DNA from: Candidatus Latescibacterota bacterium
Lineage (GTDB): Bacteria > Latescibacterota > UBA2968 > UBA8231
Length of the DNA stretch: 64,000 nucleotides
Reading direction: 5' to 3'
NCBI GenBank assembly: GCA_964291625.2
Contig: OZ220090.1
Coordinates: 512,001-576,000, forward strand
Position numbers and translations under genes: made by a program. Positions within the stretch are counted from its first letter, which is position 1; each line of letters opens with the position of its first letter. The notes below the pieces were generated by a model. That model made no database searches and was not told the DNA's origin. It saw nothing but the letters and a program-made list of their open reading frames with translations. This document shows positions 46,625-56,857 of this stretch, in pieces.

Positions 46625-47695
46625 TCACGGCCGCGGACGGTCCCCGGGACCTGCCGGGGCCCGGGGTCCCTCCTCCCGGCGCGAGCGGCGCCGCTGCAGG
46701 AAGGCCGGCAGTCCGACGGCCAGGTAGGTGAGGTTGGCCAGGGCGTGGACGACGGTGGCGCAGGCCATGGCCGCCGCCAGGGGAACGGCGAAGAGGACGT
46801 GGAGGGAGTAGCCGTAGAAGTAGTGGTACGGTCCGGTGCCCGCAGGCGCCGGGATCACCACCCCGATCGATGACACGGCCATGATGACGAGGGCCTCCGC
46901 CGTCCCGAGGGACCAGGGGGGGCCATCGAAACCGAAGGCCACGTAGGACTGGTAGATGATGAGGATGTAGGCCAGGTTCAGCAGGATGGAGCTGACCACG
47001 ACCTCGGCCACTGCGGAGGCAGACCGGAGAGCCACCAGCCCCTGGACGAAACTCCGGAGCATGTCTCCCAGACGGGAAGCCAGACCTTCCGACAGCCGAC
47101 CCGTCATGGTTTCCACGACTCGGATGCCGCGGTCTCCAAAGGCGTATGCGCCTGCCATCGCGGCGGCGACGGCAACGCAGGCGGCCAGGACACAGAGCTT
47201 GGCTTCCGCCAGGGACAGGGTGAAGGTGGTTCCCCGGACCTCGGTCTCCCATGGGAAGAGAGCGGCCACCCGTTCCGGAACCACCGCCAGGGAGAGGGCG
47301 AGGAGCGAAGCCAGGCACAGCAGGTCCACGGCCCGCTCCACCACCACCGTGCCGAGGACGGCGCTGAGGCTTGCGCCTCGTCGCCACTTGAGGCTCAGGG
47401 CGCGCGCTGCTTCGCCGGCCCGCGGCAGGGCGATGTTGGCGCTGTAGCAGACGCCCAGGGACAGGGTGGCGTCGAGGACGGTCACCGTGGGGGCCACCGG
47501 GCGCAGCAGCACGATCCAGCGCCAGCCGCGCAACACCAGGGTGAGCACTGTCGTGGCCGCCATGGCCGCCATCCAGCCCGGCGAGACCGCCCGCGCCGCC
47601 GCCCACAAGGCGCCGGCGTCGATGCCCCGGAAGGCCCAGTAGAGGAACAGGGCCATCAGACCGGGACCGACGACGTATCTGGAGAGGAACTTCAC
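46625..47695 (-). CDS. Lysylphosphatidylglycerol synthase TM-domain / UPF0104 flippase-like protein
   Basis: LRGWRWIVLL, NIALPRAGEAAR, TVVVERAVDL, PAPAGTGPYH. Confidence 0.85.
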   Translation of the reverse strand: MKFLSRYVVGPGLMALFLYWAFRGIDAGALWAAARAVSPGWMAAMAATTVLTLVLRGWRWIVLLRPVAPTVTVLDATLSLGVCYSANIALPRAGEAARALSLKWRRGASLSAVLGTVVVERAVDLLCLASLLALSLAVVPERVAALFPWETEVRGTTFTLSLAEAKLCVLAACVAVAAAMAGAYAFGDRGIRVVETMTGRLSEGLASRLGDMLRSFVQGLVALRSASAVAEVVVSSILLNLAYILIIYQSYVAFGFDGPPWSLGTAEALVIMAVSSIGVVIPAPAGTGPYHYFYGYSLHVLFAVPLAAAMACATVVHALANLTYLAVGLPAFLQRRRSRREEGPRAPAGPGDRPRP

Positions 47696-47732
47696 AGGCG
47701 GGCGCCGCGGAGGGGGAGCCCCGCGTGGCCGG

Positions 47733-48128
47733 TCAGGTGTAGACCTGGTGGGGATCGAAGATGCGTTCGTCGACGATTTCCCACCGCTGCTCATCGCGGT
47801 TCCATCGCCGGTAGTAGCAGGAGTGGTACCCCCGGGCACAGGCCGCCACCTCCTGGTCGACCCGGACCTCGAGGGAGTTGCCGTCGCAGTTGAGGCGGAT
47901 CTCCCGCACTCTCTGCACATGTCCCGACTCGACGCCCTTCTTCTGCACCCTTCCCTGCGAGCGCCGGTACAGGTGGACCAGGCCGCTTTCGAGGGTCAGG
48001 TGGAGGGCCTCCTCGTTCAGGTAGCAGAGCACCAGGAGCCGGCCCGTCGACCAATCGGTGACCGCCGCCGGCACCAGGCCGTCGGGCCCGAAGTCGATCT
48101 CCGCGGCGATGCTGCTCTTCACGCCCAT
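47733..48128 (-). CDS. hisI: Phosphoribosyl-AMP cyclohydrolase-like protein (HisI fold, atypical active site)
   Basis: DGLVPA, YLNEEAL, KGVESGH, NCDGNSL, ACARGYHSCY. Confidence 0.7.
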   Translation of the reverse strand: MGVKSSIAAEIDFGPDGLVPAAVTDWSTGRLLVLCYLNEEALHLTLESGLVHLYRRSQGRVQKKGVESGHVQRVREIRLNCDGNSLEVRVDQEVAACARGYHSCYYRRWNRDEQRWEIVDERIFDPHQVYT

Positions 48129-48130
48129 GG

Positions 48131-48871
48131 TCACTCCAGGAGATCCTCGGCCACGTCGGCCACGAGGGTGCCGGCATCCTCTCCCTCACAGATCCTCTGC
48201 ACGGTGCCGGTCTCGGTGACGTCGAAGAGGTGCAGGGGAAGGCCGTTGTCCCTCGCCAGGATGACGGCGGTCTGGTCGATGACCCGCAGGTCGCGGCTCA
48301 GGATCGTGTTGTAGTGCATGCGCCGGTACATCCGCGCCCGGGGATCGATCTTCGGATCGGCGGTGAACACCCCCCGGGCGCCGTTCTTGGCGTAGAGGAT
48401 GGCGTTGGAGCGCGTCTCCAGGGCGCGTTGCACGGCCGGGTAGTCCGTGGTCAGGTACGGCTGGCCCAGCCCCCCTGCGAAGATGACCACGTATCCCTTC
48501 TTCAGGTGCTGGATCGCCCGCAGACGGATGTAGGGTTCGGCCACCATGTTGATCTCGATCGCCGTCATGACGCGCACCTCGACGTCGCCCCCGGACTTGG
48601 ACGACAGCACGCCGCGCAGCATGAGGCTGTTCACCACCGTGCCCATCATGCCGATGTTGTCGGCCTCGGCCCGTTCGATGCCCCATTGGGAGGAGAGGTC
48701 GCCGCGGAAGATGTTGCCGCCGCCGATGACGACCGAGACCTGCACCCCCCCGGCATGAAGGCGAAGCACCTCGTTGGCGATGTGATCGAGAGCGGCGTGA
48801 TCGAAGCCGTACTCCTTGCCGCCGGAGACCGCCTCGCCGCTGAGCTTGAGGGTTACGCGCCGGTAGCGCAT
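48131..48871 (-). CDS. pyrH: UMP kinase
   Basis: RVTLKLSGEA, VIGGGNIFRG, ADNIGMMGTVVN, TTDYPAVQRA, FTADP. Confidence 0.9.
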   Translation of the reverse strand: MRYRRVTLKLSGEAVSGGKEYGFDHAALDHIANEVLRLHAGGVQVSVVIGGGNIFRGDLSSQWGIERAEADNIGMMGTVVNSLMLRGVLSSKSGGDVEVRVMTAIEINMVAEPYIRLRAIQHLKKGYVVIFAGGLGQPYLTTDYPAVQRALETRSNAILYAKNGARGVFTADPKIDPRARMYRRMHYNTILSRDLRVIDQTAVILARDNGLPLHLFDVTETGTVQRICEGEDAGTLVADVAEDLLE

Positions 48872-48882
48872 GGTGTCCTTGC

Positions 48883-50322
48883 TCAAAGGAGGCGACCCTT
48901 CTCGACCTCGGCCGCCGCGGGCCACCTGGCCACGACATCGTCCACGCGGCGGGAGAACCGGTCGACCTGCTCGGCGGCGAGGCCGACGAAGTCGGCGCCG
49001 CGGGACAGCAGGTCCTCGATCTCGGCGGTGCTCAGCGGCACCCGGCCGTCGCCGCCCAGACGCTGGACGAGGTCGTTCTCGGTGGCGCCTTGCTCCCGCA
49101 GGGCCAGGGCCGCCGCAACGGCGTGCTCCCGGATCGCCTCGTGGACCTCCTCGCGGCCCCCGCCGCGGCGGAGGGACTCCATCAGCAGGGTGGTGGTGGC
49201 GAGGAAGGGCAGGTAGCGCTCGAGCTCACGGGCCAGCGCGGCTTCGTAGACCCCCATGTCGTCGACGACGTGGAGGGCCGTCTCCAGCAGGCCGTCGAAG
49301 GCGAAGCAGCTGTCGGGCAGGGCGACGCGCCGCACCACCGAGCAGGAGATGTCGCCCTCGAACCACTGGTCTCCCACGAGCCCTCCGAGCATGTGGACGT
49401 AGCCGCCGAGGACGACCTGCAGGCCGTTGATCCGCTCGGCGCTGCGCGTGTTCATCTTGTGAGGCATGGCCGATGAGCCCACCTGGCCGCGGGCGAAGCC
49501 CTCGGTAGCGGCCTCGGCCCCGGCCATGAGGCGCAGGGTGCGGGCCAGGTTGGCGATGCCGCCGCCCATCTGGTAGAGGCAGCTGACGACCTCGAAGTCG
49601 AGGCCCCGGGGATAGACCTGGCCCACGGCGTCGAGCCGCGCTTCGAACCCGAGGTGGGCCCGGACCCGGTCCTGCAGCTCTTCCACTCTTTCCGCCTCGC
49701 CGCCGAACAGGGTGAGCTGGTCGAGGGCGGTGCCGACGGCCCCCTGCAGACCCCGCAGGGGGTACGATGCGGCGAGGGACTCGAGCCGCCGGAAGGCGAT
49801 CAGCATCTCCTCGCCGTAGGCGGCGAGACGCTTGCCCATGGTCGTCGGCTGGGCCGCGGCGTGGTGAGTGCGGGCCACCACGGGCAGATCGCGCCACTCC
49901 AGGGCGCGGGCCCGAAGCCGGTCGAGGAGGTGGACGTACTTGGCGGCCAGCAGGCCGATGCTGGTCAGGACCTGGAACTGCTCGACATTGTCGGTCAGGT
50001 CCCGGCTCGTCATGCCCTTGTGGATCTGCTCGTGGCCGGCGAGGGCGCAGAACTCCTCGATGCGGGCCTTGACGTCGTGGCGGGTGCGGAGCTCGCGCCG
50101 GTGGATCGAGGCGAGATCGACCCGGTCCGCGACGGCCTCGCAGGCCTCGACGGCCCCTGCCGGCACCTCGATCCCGAGGTCGGCCTGAGCCTTCAGCACA
50201 GCGATCCAGAGGCGCCGCTCGAGCCGTACCTTGCCCTCATCCGACCACACCGACCGGACCGCGGGGCTGGCGTAGCGGTTGGCGAGGACGTTCGGGTTCG
50301 AGTCCCGGGTCGGGTCAGTCAA
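48883..50322 (-). CDS. purB: Adenylosuccinate lyase
   Basis: LANRYAS, TRHDVKA, HKGMTSRD, AQPTTMGKR, GSSAMPHKMN; start uncertain. Confidence 0.95.
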   Translation of the reverse strand: MTDPTRDSNPNVLANRYASPAVRSVWSDEGKVRLERRLWIAVLKAQADLGIEVPAGAVEACEAVADRVDLASIHRRELRTRHDVKARIEEFCALAGHEQIHKGMTSRDLTDNVEQFQVLTSIGLLAAKYVHLLDRLRARALEWRDLPVVARTHHAAAQPTTMGKRLAAYGEEMLIAFRRLESLAASYPLRGLQGAVGTALDQLTLFGGEAERVEELQDRVRAHLGFEARLDAVGQVYPRGLDFEVVSCLYQMGGGIANLARTLRLMAGAEAATEGFARGQVGSSAMPHKMNTRSAERINGLQVVLGGYVHMLGGLVGDQWFEGDISCSVVRRVALPDSCFAFDGLLETALHVVDDMGVYEAALARELERYLPFLATTTLLMESLRRGGGREEVHEAIREHAVAAALALREQGATENDLVQRLGGDGRVPLSTAEIEDLLSRGADFVGLAAEQVDRFSRRVDDVVARWPAAAEVEKGRLL

Positions 50323-50425
50323 AGTCTCGTGATCTGAAGTCGAAGAAGGGGCCGGGCACCGGAGCGAAATCATAACGATTCCCCTCCACAATCGCTACCG
50401 GGCCCCTCTCGGAGCCGGGCCGTGG

Positions 50426-51832
50426 TTACATCGGTCCCGCCCAGCGCCAGTAGAGCACGTTGAGCGGTGCCAGCAGGAGCAGGGACAGGGAGGAGACCAG
50501 GAACATGGCCGCCGCCAGTTGCCTCGGAGTCAGGGCGCCATACGCGAGGACGACCATGAACGGCGCCGACTGGTAGGGGAGGAAGGCAACCGTCGTCGCC
50601 ATGGCCACGCTCAGGGCGCTGGCCAGCGGGTCGAGGCCGGCCGCCGCCCCCGCCTCGAGGAGGCTCGGAGTGGCCACGGCGCCCACGGCGGCGATATCCA
50701 TCAGGAAATCGAGGGGCACGGCCGCCGCGGTCAGCATCAGGTGCGGATCGAGCCATCCTTCACCCACCTTCCCGAGGTGGACGGCTGCGCCGGCCAGGGC
50801 GCGCTGGCTGAAGCCCGTCCCGTCGAGGACGGCGCCGATCCCGAAGAGCGCCGCCAGGTAGAAGAAGAAGGGGTAGTCCACCTGACGCAGGCGCTCCGGC
50901 GCGAGGGCGCCCACGCCGGGGGTGACGGCCAGCAGGACGATGGCGAGGCCGACGAGGACCGGCGGGAAACCGTGGACCACGTCGCTGGCCCACAGGCCGA
51001 CGCCAAGGAGCATCAGGAAGGCCGTGCGGCGCTGATTTGCCCCGGCGCCGGGGTGCGGGACCGGGCGTCGCTCGCCGAAGGGCCGCAGCCGGCGCCCCCA
51101 GATCACCCAGATCACCGCCGCGCACAGGAGCGTGCGCAGGGCGCCCATGACGGGGAACATCCACAGCAGCCACTCGCCCCAGTAGACGACCCGTCCGGTG
51201 ACCGCCTCGAGCTGGCCTGCCACGACGAGGTTCGGCACGGTGCCGGTGAGAATGCCAGCGCCGCCGTAGTAGGTACCGAACACAATCGACAGGATCACCA
51301 CGGGAGGCAGGGCGGGATCCTCGCCGTCGGGATCGAGGGCGAGGATCAGGGCCGTCCCCACTGGCATCAGCAGCAGCACGCGTACCACGCCGGAGGGGAC
51401 CAGGAAGGCCGCCAACAGACCCAGGCCATGGAGACCGAGGAGCAGGCGCGCCCGGCCTCCGGCGAGCAGCGGAAGGGCGGCCCGGGCCAGGCGATCCCCC
51501 AGGCCGCTCTCGGAGACCATCAGACTGAGGACCATCCCGGAGAACACCAGCCAGATGGTGGAACCGGCGAAGGGCGCGAAGGTCCGGCCGAAGTCGACCA
51601 GTCCGCTCACCGGCAGCAGTACCAGCACGACGAGGGAGGTCCAGGAGATGGGGACGGGCTGGGCAGTCCACAGGAGCAGAGCGAAGAGGCTGATCCCGAG
51701 GGCCCGCTGCTGCTCTGCCGGCAGCCACGGCAGGGGCGCGAGGAATCCCGCCGCCAGGAGGACCGCGGCGGCGGCGCCGACCCGGCGGGCGGTCGTTGTC
51801 CGAGGCGCGCCAGCCGCCGGGGTGGATCCCAT
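50426..51832 (-). CDS. SLC13/DASS family permease
   Basis: ESGLGDRLA, VPSGVVR, LTGTVPNLV, FLPYQSAP. Confidence 0.82.
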   Translation of the reverse strand: MGSTPAAGAPRTTTARRVGAAAAVLLAAGFLAPLPWLPAEQQRALGISLFALLLWTAQPVPISWTSLVVLVLLPVSGLVDFGRTFAPFAGSTIWLVFSGMVLSLMVSESGLGDRLARAALPLLAGGRARLLLGLHGLGLLAAFLVPSGVVRVLLLMPVGTALILALDPDGEDPALPPVVILSIVFGTYYGGAGILTGTVPNLVVAGQLEAVTGRVVYWGEWLLWMFPVMGALRTLLCAAVIWVIWGRRLRPFGERRPVPHPGAGANQRRTAFLMLLGVGLWASDVVHGFPPVLVGLAIVLLAVTPGVGALAPERLRQVDYPFFFYLAALFGIGAVLDGTGFSQRALAGAAVHLGKVGEGWLDPHLMLTAAAVPLDFLMDIAAVGAVATPSLLEAGAAAGLDPLASALSVAMATTVAFLPYQSAPFMVVLAYGALTPRQLAAAMFLVSSLSLLLLAPLNVLYWRWAGPM

Positions 51833-51836
51833 CGGG

Positions 51837-53132
51837 TCAGTCCAGGGCGAACAGACTGAGGGCCGGGACGTAGGTGATGACCAGCAGGCAGGCCAGCAGG
51901 ATCAGGAGGAAGGGCAGGGAGGCCCGGTAGAGCTGGAGGATGGGCCGCTCCAGGCGGGCGCTGGCGATGAACAGGTTCAGCCCCACAGGCGGGGTCGAGT
52001 AGCCGATCTCCAGGTTGGCGAGGAAGATGATCCCGAGGTGCACGGGATGGATGTCGTAGGCCGCCGCCACCGGCAGGATCAGGGGGACGACGACGACGAG
52101 GGCGGAGAACATGTCGATCATGCAGCCCACGGCGAGGAGGAACAGGTTCAACAGAACGAGGAAGAGCAACCGGCTCTCGATCCCCCCCTGGAGCGTCGCC
52201 AGCAGACGGGTGGGGATCTCGGCGTCGATCAGGAAGGAGGTGTAGGCCATGGACGAGGCCAGGATCAGGTAGATCCCTCCCACGAGGACCATGGTCTCGC
52301 GGATGATGCCCGGCAGCTGGGAGAGCCGGATCTCCCTGCGCAGGACCATCTCCACGACCAGCACGTACATGGCGCTCAAGGCGGCGGCCTCGCTGACGGC
52401 GATGAACCCCGAGTAGATGCCGGTGATCACGGCGACGGGCAGGAGAAGCTCCCAGACCGCCTCTACGCAGGCGGAAACAACCCTTCCACCGGACCTCTCC
52501 GGAGGATCCCCCGGGGTCCCGGCCGGGCGCTCCGGGAAGGAGGTGCGGTTGACGCGGCGCCCGACGAAGAAGCCATACCCGGCCAGAGCCAGGACCAGGA
52601 GCATGCCGGGGGCGATGCCGGCGACGAACAACTCGTCGATCGGCGTCTCCGAGACGATTCCGTAGAGGATCAGGGGGATGCTCGGAGGAAAGAGCAGGCC
52701 CAGGCTCCCGGAGGTGGTGAGCAACCCGAGGGAGAAGGACTCGGGGTAGCGGGCCTGTTGCAGGGCGGGGAAGAGCAGTCCGCCCACGGCGACGATGGTC
52801 ATTCCCGAGGCGCCGGTGAAGGCGGTGAGGAGGGCGCACACCGACAGGGCCATGATCGCCAGCCCCCCGGGCAGCCACCACAGAAGCGCCTCCGACAGCC
52901 GCACGAGGCGGCGGGCGGCTCCGCTCTCGGCGAGCAGGAACCCGCTGAAGGCGAAGAGGGGGATCGCCGTCAGGGCCGGCTCGTCGGCCAGCCGGTACAT
53001 CTCGATGAACAGCACGGTGAGGTCGACGCCGTCGGAGGCGAACACCACGAGAGCGAGGACGGCGATGATCACGAAGAGGGGCGTCCCGACCGTGGCCAGC
53101 AGGAGTCCCGTCAGAGTGGTGAGGAGGGACAC
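51837..53132 (-). CDS. TRAP transporter large permease (DctM/TatM)
   Basis: LTAIPLF, GSLGLLFPPSIPLILY, IHPVHLGI, GYSTPPVGLNLF. Confidence 0.93.
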   Translation of the reverse strand: MSLLTTLTGLLLATVGTPLFVIIAVLALVVFASDGVDLTVLFIEMYRLADEPALTAIPLFAFSGFLLAESGAARRLVRLSEALLWWLPGGLAIMALSVCALLTAFTGASGMTIVAVGGLLFPALQQARYPESFSLGLLTTSGSLGLLFPPSIPLILYGIVSETPIDELFVAGIAPGMLLVLALAGYGFFVGRRVNRTSFPERPAGTPGDPPERSGGRVVSACVEAVWELLLPVAVITGIYSGFIAVSEAAALSAMYVLVVEMVLRREIRLSQLPGIIRETMVLVGGIYLILASSMAYTSFLIDAEIPTRLLATLQGGIESRLLFLVLLNLFLLAVGCMIDMFSALVVVVPLILPVAAAYDIHPVHLGIIFLANLEIGYSTPPVGLNLFIASARLERPILQLYRASLPFLLILLACLLVITYVPALSLFALD

Positions 53133-53133
53133 G

Positions 53134-53616
53134 TCAGGCCCCGCTCCGCACCCGGCGCCAGCCGTTGATCAGGAAGCGCAGGGCCATGCCGGCGAAGACG
53201 GCGGGGAAGACGAGCTGGGCGACCCAGGCCGGCACGCCGGGGAAGGCCTCGGCCCCGTAGGCGCGTTCATCGAGGACGAATCGCAGGGCGACAGGGGCCA
53301 GGATCCCGCAGAGGGCGGCAGCCACCAGGTCACCGCAGGCCGCCACCCGGGGCCGCCAGCGCGGGGGCACCAGACGCAGGACCGCGTCGATGCGGATGTG
53401 CCGGTCCTGTCGGGTGGCGACCAAGGCCCCCAGGAAGCTCGACCACAGAACGAGATGGCGCAGCAGCGGGTCTGCCCAGAACCAGGTGACCTGGAACAGG
53501 TTGCGCATGAGGATCTGGGCGAAAGCGAGACACAGTAGACAGCCCACGAGGGCGACGAGAGCGACCTCCTCGGGGCGCCGGTAGAGGGGGGGGCGAGTTG
53601 GTTCGGCGGTCTTCAT
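53134..53616 (-). CDS. TRAP transporter small permease (DctQ/TatQ)
   Basis: 4 TM; QILMRN, WADPLLRHLVLW, HIRID. Confidence 0.9.
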   Translation of the reverse strand: MKTAEPTRPPLYRRPEEVALVALVGCLLCLAFAQILMRNLFQVTWFWADPLLRHLVLWSSFLGALVATRQDRHIRIDAVLRLVPPRWRPRVAACGDLVAAALCGILAPVALRFVLDERAYGAEAFPGVPAWVAQLVFPAVFAGMALRFLINGWRRVRSGA

Positions 53617-54662
53617 CCTCCGTCCCGGCGCCCGCGGAAGTCACCGAGATGCCGCAGGATCCGCTCGTACACCGGGGCCGAGAAGGCGCGTCCGACGAGC
53701 TCGGGGCGCGACTCCTCCACCAGGGACCGGAAGGAAGCGACATCCGCCTCCGTCGGGACGACGGGCTGAAGCCCTTCGGCCCGCATGATCCGCAGGGCCT
53801 CCTCGTTGTCGCCGCGGCCTCTCAGATTGTGCTCGCCGATCCGGGTGGCCGCGACCCGGGTGAGGAGCTCCTGGTGTTCGGCGGATAGACGATCGTAGTA
53901 CTTCCGGTGGACCACGAAGGCGCCGAGGGTGTAGTTGATCGGCAACTCGGTGTAGTAGCCGACCCTGGTGAACCACTGCAGGATGATCGCCGCCGCCGGC
54001 GAGGCATAGACCACGTCCACGAGGTTGGTCTGCAAGCCGAGGAGCACGTCCGGAATCGCCAGGGGAACCGAGGTGACCCCCGCCTTCTCGAAGAGGACCT
54101 CGGTGATCGGCTCGCCCTGCAGCCTCCAGATCTTGAGACCTTGGAGGTCGCCCGTTCCGCGCACCGGATCCTTCGACAGCAAGTGGACGAAGCCGATGTC
54201 GGCCCACCCGAGGAGCACGAATCCCTGGTCGAGGAAGAGAGCCTTGAACTCCTGCTCCGTCTGTGCGAGCACGTAGTCGATCTCGTCGTATCCGCCGAAG
54301 AGGAAGGGCATCTCCAGGGCCAGCACCTCCCGGCACACGCGGCTGACGCCGGTGCCTCCGAGGGCGGCCCCCTGAAGCTGGCCGATCCGAATCTTGCGCA
54401 GCATCACATCCTCGTCGCCCTGCACTCCCCCCGGGTAGATCCGCAGCTTGAGGGCACCGTCGGTGGCGGCCCTCAGGTCCGCGTCCATCTCCCGCAGCGC
54501 CCGGGCCCAGCCGCTGCCCTCGGGTGCGAGGGTGGAGATCTTCAGGACCGTGTCCGCCGACGCCGGGTCGGGGGCCCAGATGGCCAGTGCCACTCCGGCG
54601 CCGAGAACGGTCAGAAACCCTCGCAGAGGCGGAATCCGGGCGGCGGCTTCAGAAGTATTCAT
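53613..54662 (-). CDS. TRAP substrate-binding protein (DctP/TatP)
   Basis: Signal peptide, KISTLAPEGSGW, YPGGVQGDE, KIRIGQL, DLQGLKIW. Confidence 0.9.
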   Translation of the reverse strand: MNTSEAAARIPPLRGFLTVLGAGVALAIWAPDPASADTVLKISTLAPEGSGWARALREMDADLRAATDGALKLRIYPGGVQGDEDVMLRKIRIGQLQGAALGGTGVSRVCREVLALEMPFLFGGYDEIDYVLAQTEQEFKALFLDQGFVLLGWADIGFVHLLSKDPVRGTGDLQGLKIWRLQGEPITEVLFEKAGVTSVPLAIPDVLLGLQTNLVDVVYASPAAAIILQWFTRVGYYTELPINYTLGAFVVHRKYYDRLSAEHQELLTRVAATRIGEHNLRGRGDNEEALRIMRAEGLQPVVPTEADVASFRSLVEESRPELVGRAFSAPVYERILRHLGDFRGRRDGG

Positions 54663-55521
54663 CGATCTCATCCAGAAGGAGTCGGGCCTGCCGCTGGGCA
54701 GCGGCGTTCTGCAGGGTGAGCTCCGGTACCGCATCTACGGGGCGCGCGAGTACCTCGCGCAGCAACTCTTCGTAGAGCTGGCGGTCGAAGACCTGGCGCG
54801 CGTAGTAACGGGCCTTCTGCACCAGCACGGACAGGTCCTTCCCCCCGCTGAGGTCGAGGGCCCGGTCGAAGTGCCGGAGCGAGCGGTCCGGATCCCCGCC
54901 GAGCATCCGGGGCAACGCCCCGAAGTAGACGCCGAGGAAGACGTGGGGACCTCCCCCCTGGAAGCCTTCGTCGTGCTCGAGGACCCACTCCATCATGTAG
55001 ATGACGCGTGGAAGCTGGGCGAGTGCCGGCATCGACTGCAGATTGGTGCTCACCCACCCGCCCCAGGCACTCGCCGTCCAGAAAACCCATGGCAGGTCGT
55101 CCTCCTTCAGGTGCCGCTCCACCTGGGCGAACTCGCCGAAGGAAGCCTCCCGGAGTCCTTTCAGCGCCGGTCTGCGGGCGACGAGACCATCCCATCCATA
55201 GTCCCTGGCGCGGCGGTACAGGCGCCGCGCCCGAGACGCGTCCTCATGCTCGATCAGAACGGCATAGGCGGTGTATCCCTCGGCCGCCGCCAGCAGAAGG
55301 TCGTCGTCCTGCGGGTCGGACTCGAGGAGACCTTCGAGGAGCACCAGAAAGGTGGGTACCGCCTGCGCCACCAGTTCGATGTCGTCATGGCGGGCCGAGG
55401 CCGAGGCCACGTCTTCCGTCAGGTTGCCGATGGCGGCGGACCGGAGGTATCCGCACGAGGAGGCGATACCCCAGATGCAGAGGAAGAGGGCGCGGAGCGG
55501 GAGTCGCGCCGCCAGGCGCAT
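54649..55521 (-). CDS. TPAT transporter TatT component (lipoprotein)
   Basis: Lipobox-like ASS/C, DDIELVAQAVP, YRRARDYG, PRMLGGDP, LTLQNA; directly upstream of dctP. Confidence 0.82.
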   Translation of the reverse strand: MRLAARLPLRALFLCIWGIASSCGYLRSAAIGNLTEDVASASARHDDIELVAQAVPTFLVLLEGLLESDPQDDDLLLAAAEGYTAYAVLIEHEDASRARRLYRRARDYGWDGLVARRPALKGLREASFGEFAQVERHLKEDDLPWVFWTASAWGGWVSTNLQSMPALAQLPRVIYMMEWVLEHDEGFQGGGPHVFLGVYFGALPRMLGGDPDRSLRHFDRALDLSGGKDLSVLVQKARYYARQVFDRQLYEELLREVLARPVDAVPELTLQNAAAQRQARLLLDEIDEYF

Positions 55522-55630
55522 GATCCGATCTCTGCGGAAGGGGGAGCGGGAGGAAGGGGGGAGGGGCCCGCGGGTACTCGGCCCTCCATGCCTGGTGAGG
55601 ACAACTAATATCACTCGTGCCGAATGATCG

Positions 55631-56857
55631 TCAAGGAGCCGGCGCCTCCGCCTGAGCCGGTTGGTGGCGCTGCTGCACACAGCTCCACGGATCATCCGTA
55701 TGGGCGCACGCGGCCAGGGCGGCCACCGCCGCCGGCAGCTCCCCCCGGAAGCGCGCGAGGACCGCCTCGAAGTCCGCCGACCGGCTGTGATAGCGCCGGT
55801 ACGACAGCAGGAGCGCGTTGTTCGGCTCCCAGTCGAGGAATCCATCGTATCCCCTGCCGAAGTCGGCTCGGGCCTTGCGGAAGTCTCGCCGGGCCTGCCG
55901 GAAGATCACCCGTCGCTTCCGGAGGACCTCGTCCTTGCCGGAACCGCTGGTGTACAGGCTGTCCAGGCGCGACGCCACGCCTCGGACGAACCCGGTGAAC
56001 CGGTCCGCCTGCCGCCGCCGCAGCAGCGCCCGACGGACCTGGGCGGAGGTGGATCCGTGCCGCTCCGCGAGATACTGCAAGGCGCCGGCACGTCCGACGA
56101 AGGTGGCTGCGCTCTCGTTGTAGTCGGCGTGGCCCTCGGCGTAGATGTCGGAGTGGGTCAGCTCGTGGAGGATCAGCTCCGCAAGGCGGTCCTCGGAATA
56201 CCCCGCCATGGTGCTCAGCACCGGATCCTCGAGATAGCCGAGGGTGCTGTAGGCCGACACGGGCCGCAGGATGGCGTCAAACCCCTCGGCGCGCAGCCGG
56301 TCTCGTTCGGCGGCGGCGAGGCCCCCGTCGAAGTAACCCTTGTACGGCAGCTCGCCCACGATCGGAAACCACCACAGGAACGGCTCGAACCGGTGGGCCG
56401 GAGAGGCGGAGACGTTCCAGGCCACGGGGCCGCCCCCCGTGTCGAAGTAGCGGGTGTACCCCCTGGAGGCGGTCAGTCCGACGCGCTCGCGGCCGAAGCG
56501 GCGCACCTCCTCGACGCGTTCGAGGACCTTCCGGACCTCGACGGGAGTCGATGGCTCGGCCAGGAGCTCGTCCACCGCCTGGCCATGCAGCAGAATCCGC
56601 CCCTGGCCGTGGGCGAGATGCAGGTAGTACTCGAGCTCGCCGCAGGCCGCCAGCAGCGGCAGCAGGGCCATGAGGGCGATCCTTGAGCAGACGGAGAGGG
56701 AAGAAGGGGGACGCAACCCGAGGCCCGGCTTTTCCGATCGGCCCGGCCCGGCGGGGAAGCGGTGCGCCCTCCCCGAGCCGTGGGTCGGCGCGAGGGAAGG
56801 GGAGGTGGCCTCCTTGCGTGGATGGGCTCCGCGCAAGGCTGTGCCGCCCGGCAGCAC
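55631..56857 (-). CDS. Zinc aminopeptidase lipoprotein (DUF2265-like)
   Basis: LLAA/C lipobox, WWFPIVGELPYKGYF, AYSTLG, HELTH, NESAATFVG; real start may be ~56671. Confidence 0.8.
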   Translation of the reverse strand: MLPGGTALRGAHPRKEATSPSLAPTHGSGRAHRFPAGPGRSEKPGLGLRPPSSLSVCSRIALMALLPLLAACGELEYYLHLAHGQGRILLHGQAVDELLAEPSTPVEVRKVLERVEEVRRFGRERVGLTASRGYTRYFDTGGGPVAWNVSASPAHRFEPFLWWFPIVGELPYKGYFDGGLAAAERDRLRAEGFDAILRPVSAYSTLGYLEDPVLSTMAGYSEDRLAELILHELTHSDIYAEGHADYNESAATFVGRAGALQYLAERHGSTSAQVRRALLRRRQADRFTGFVRGVASRLDSLYTSGSGKDEVLRKRRVIFRQARRDFRKARADFGRGYDGFLDWEPNNALLLSYRRYHSRSADFEAVLARFRGELPAAVAALAACAHTDDPWSCVQQRHQPAQAEAPAP

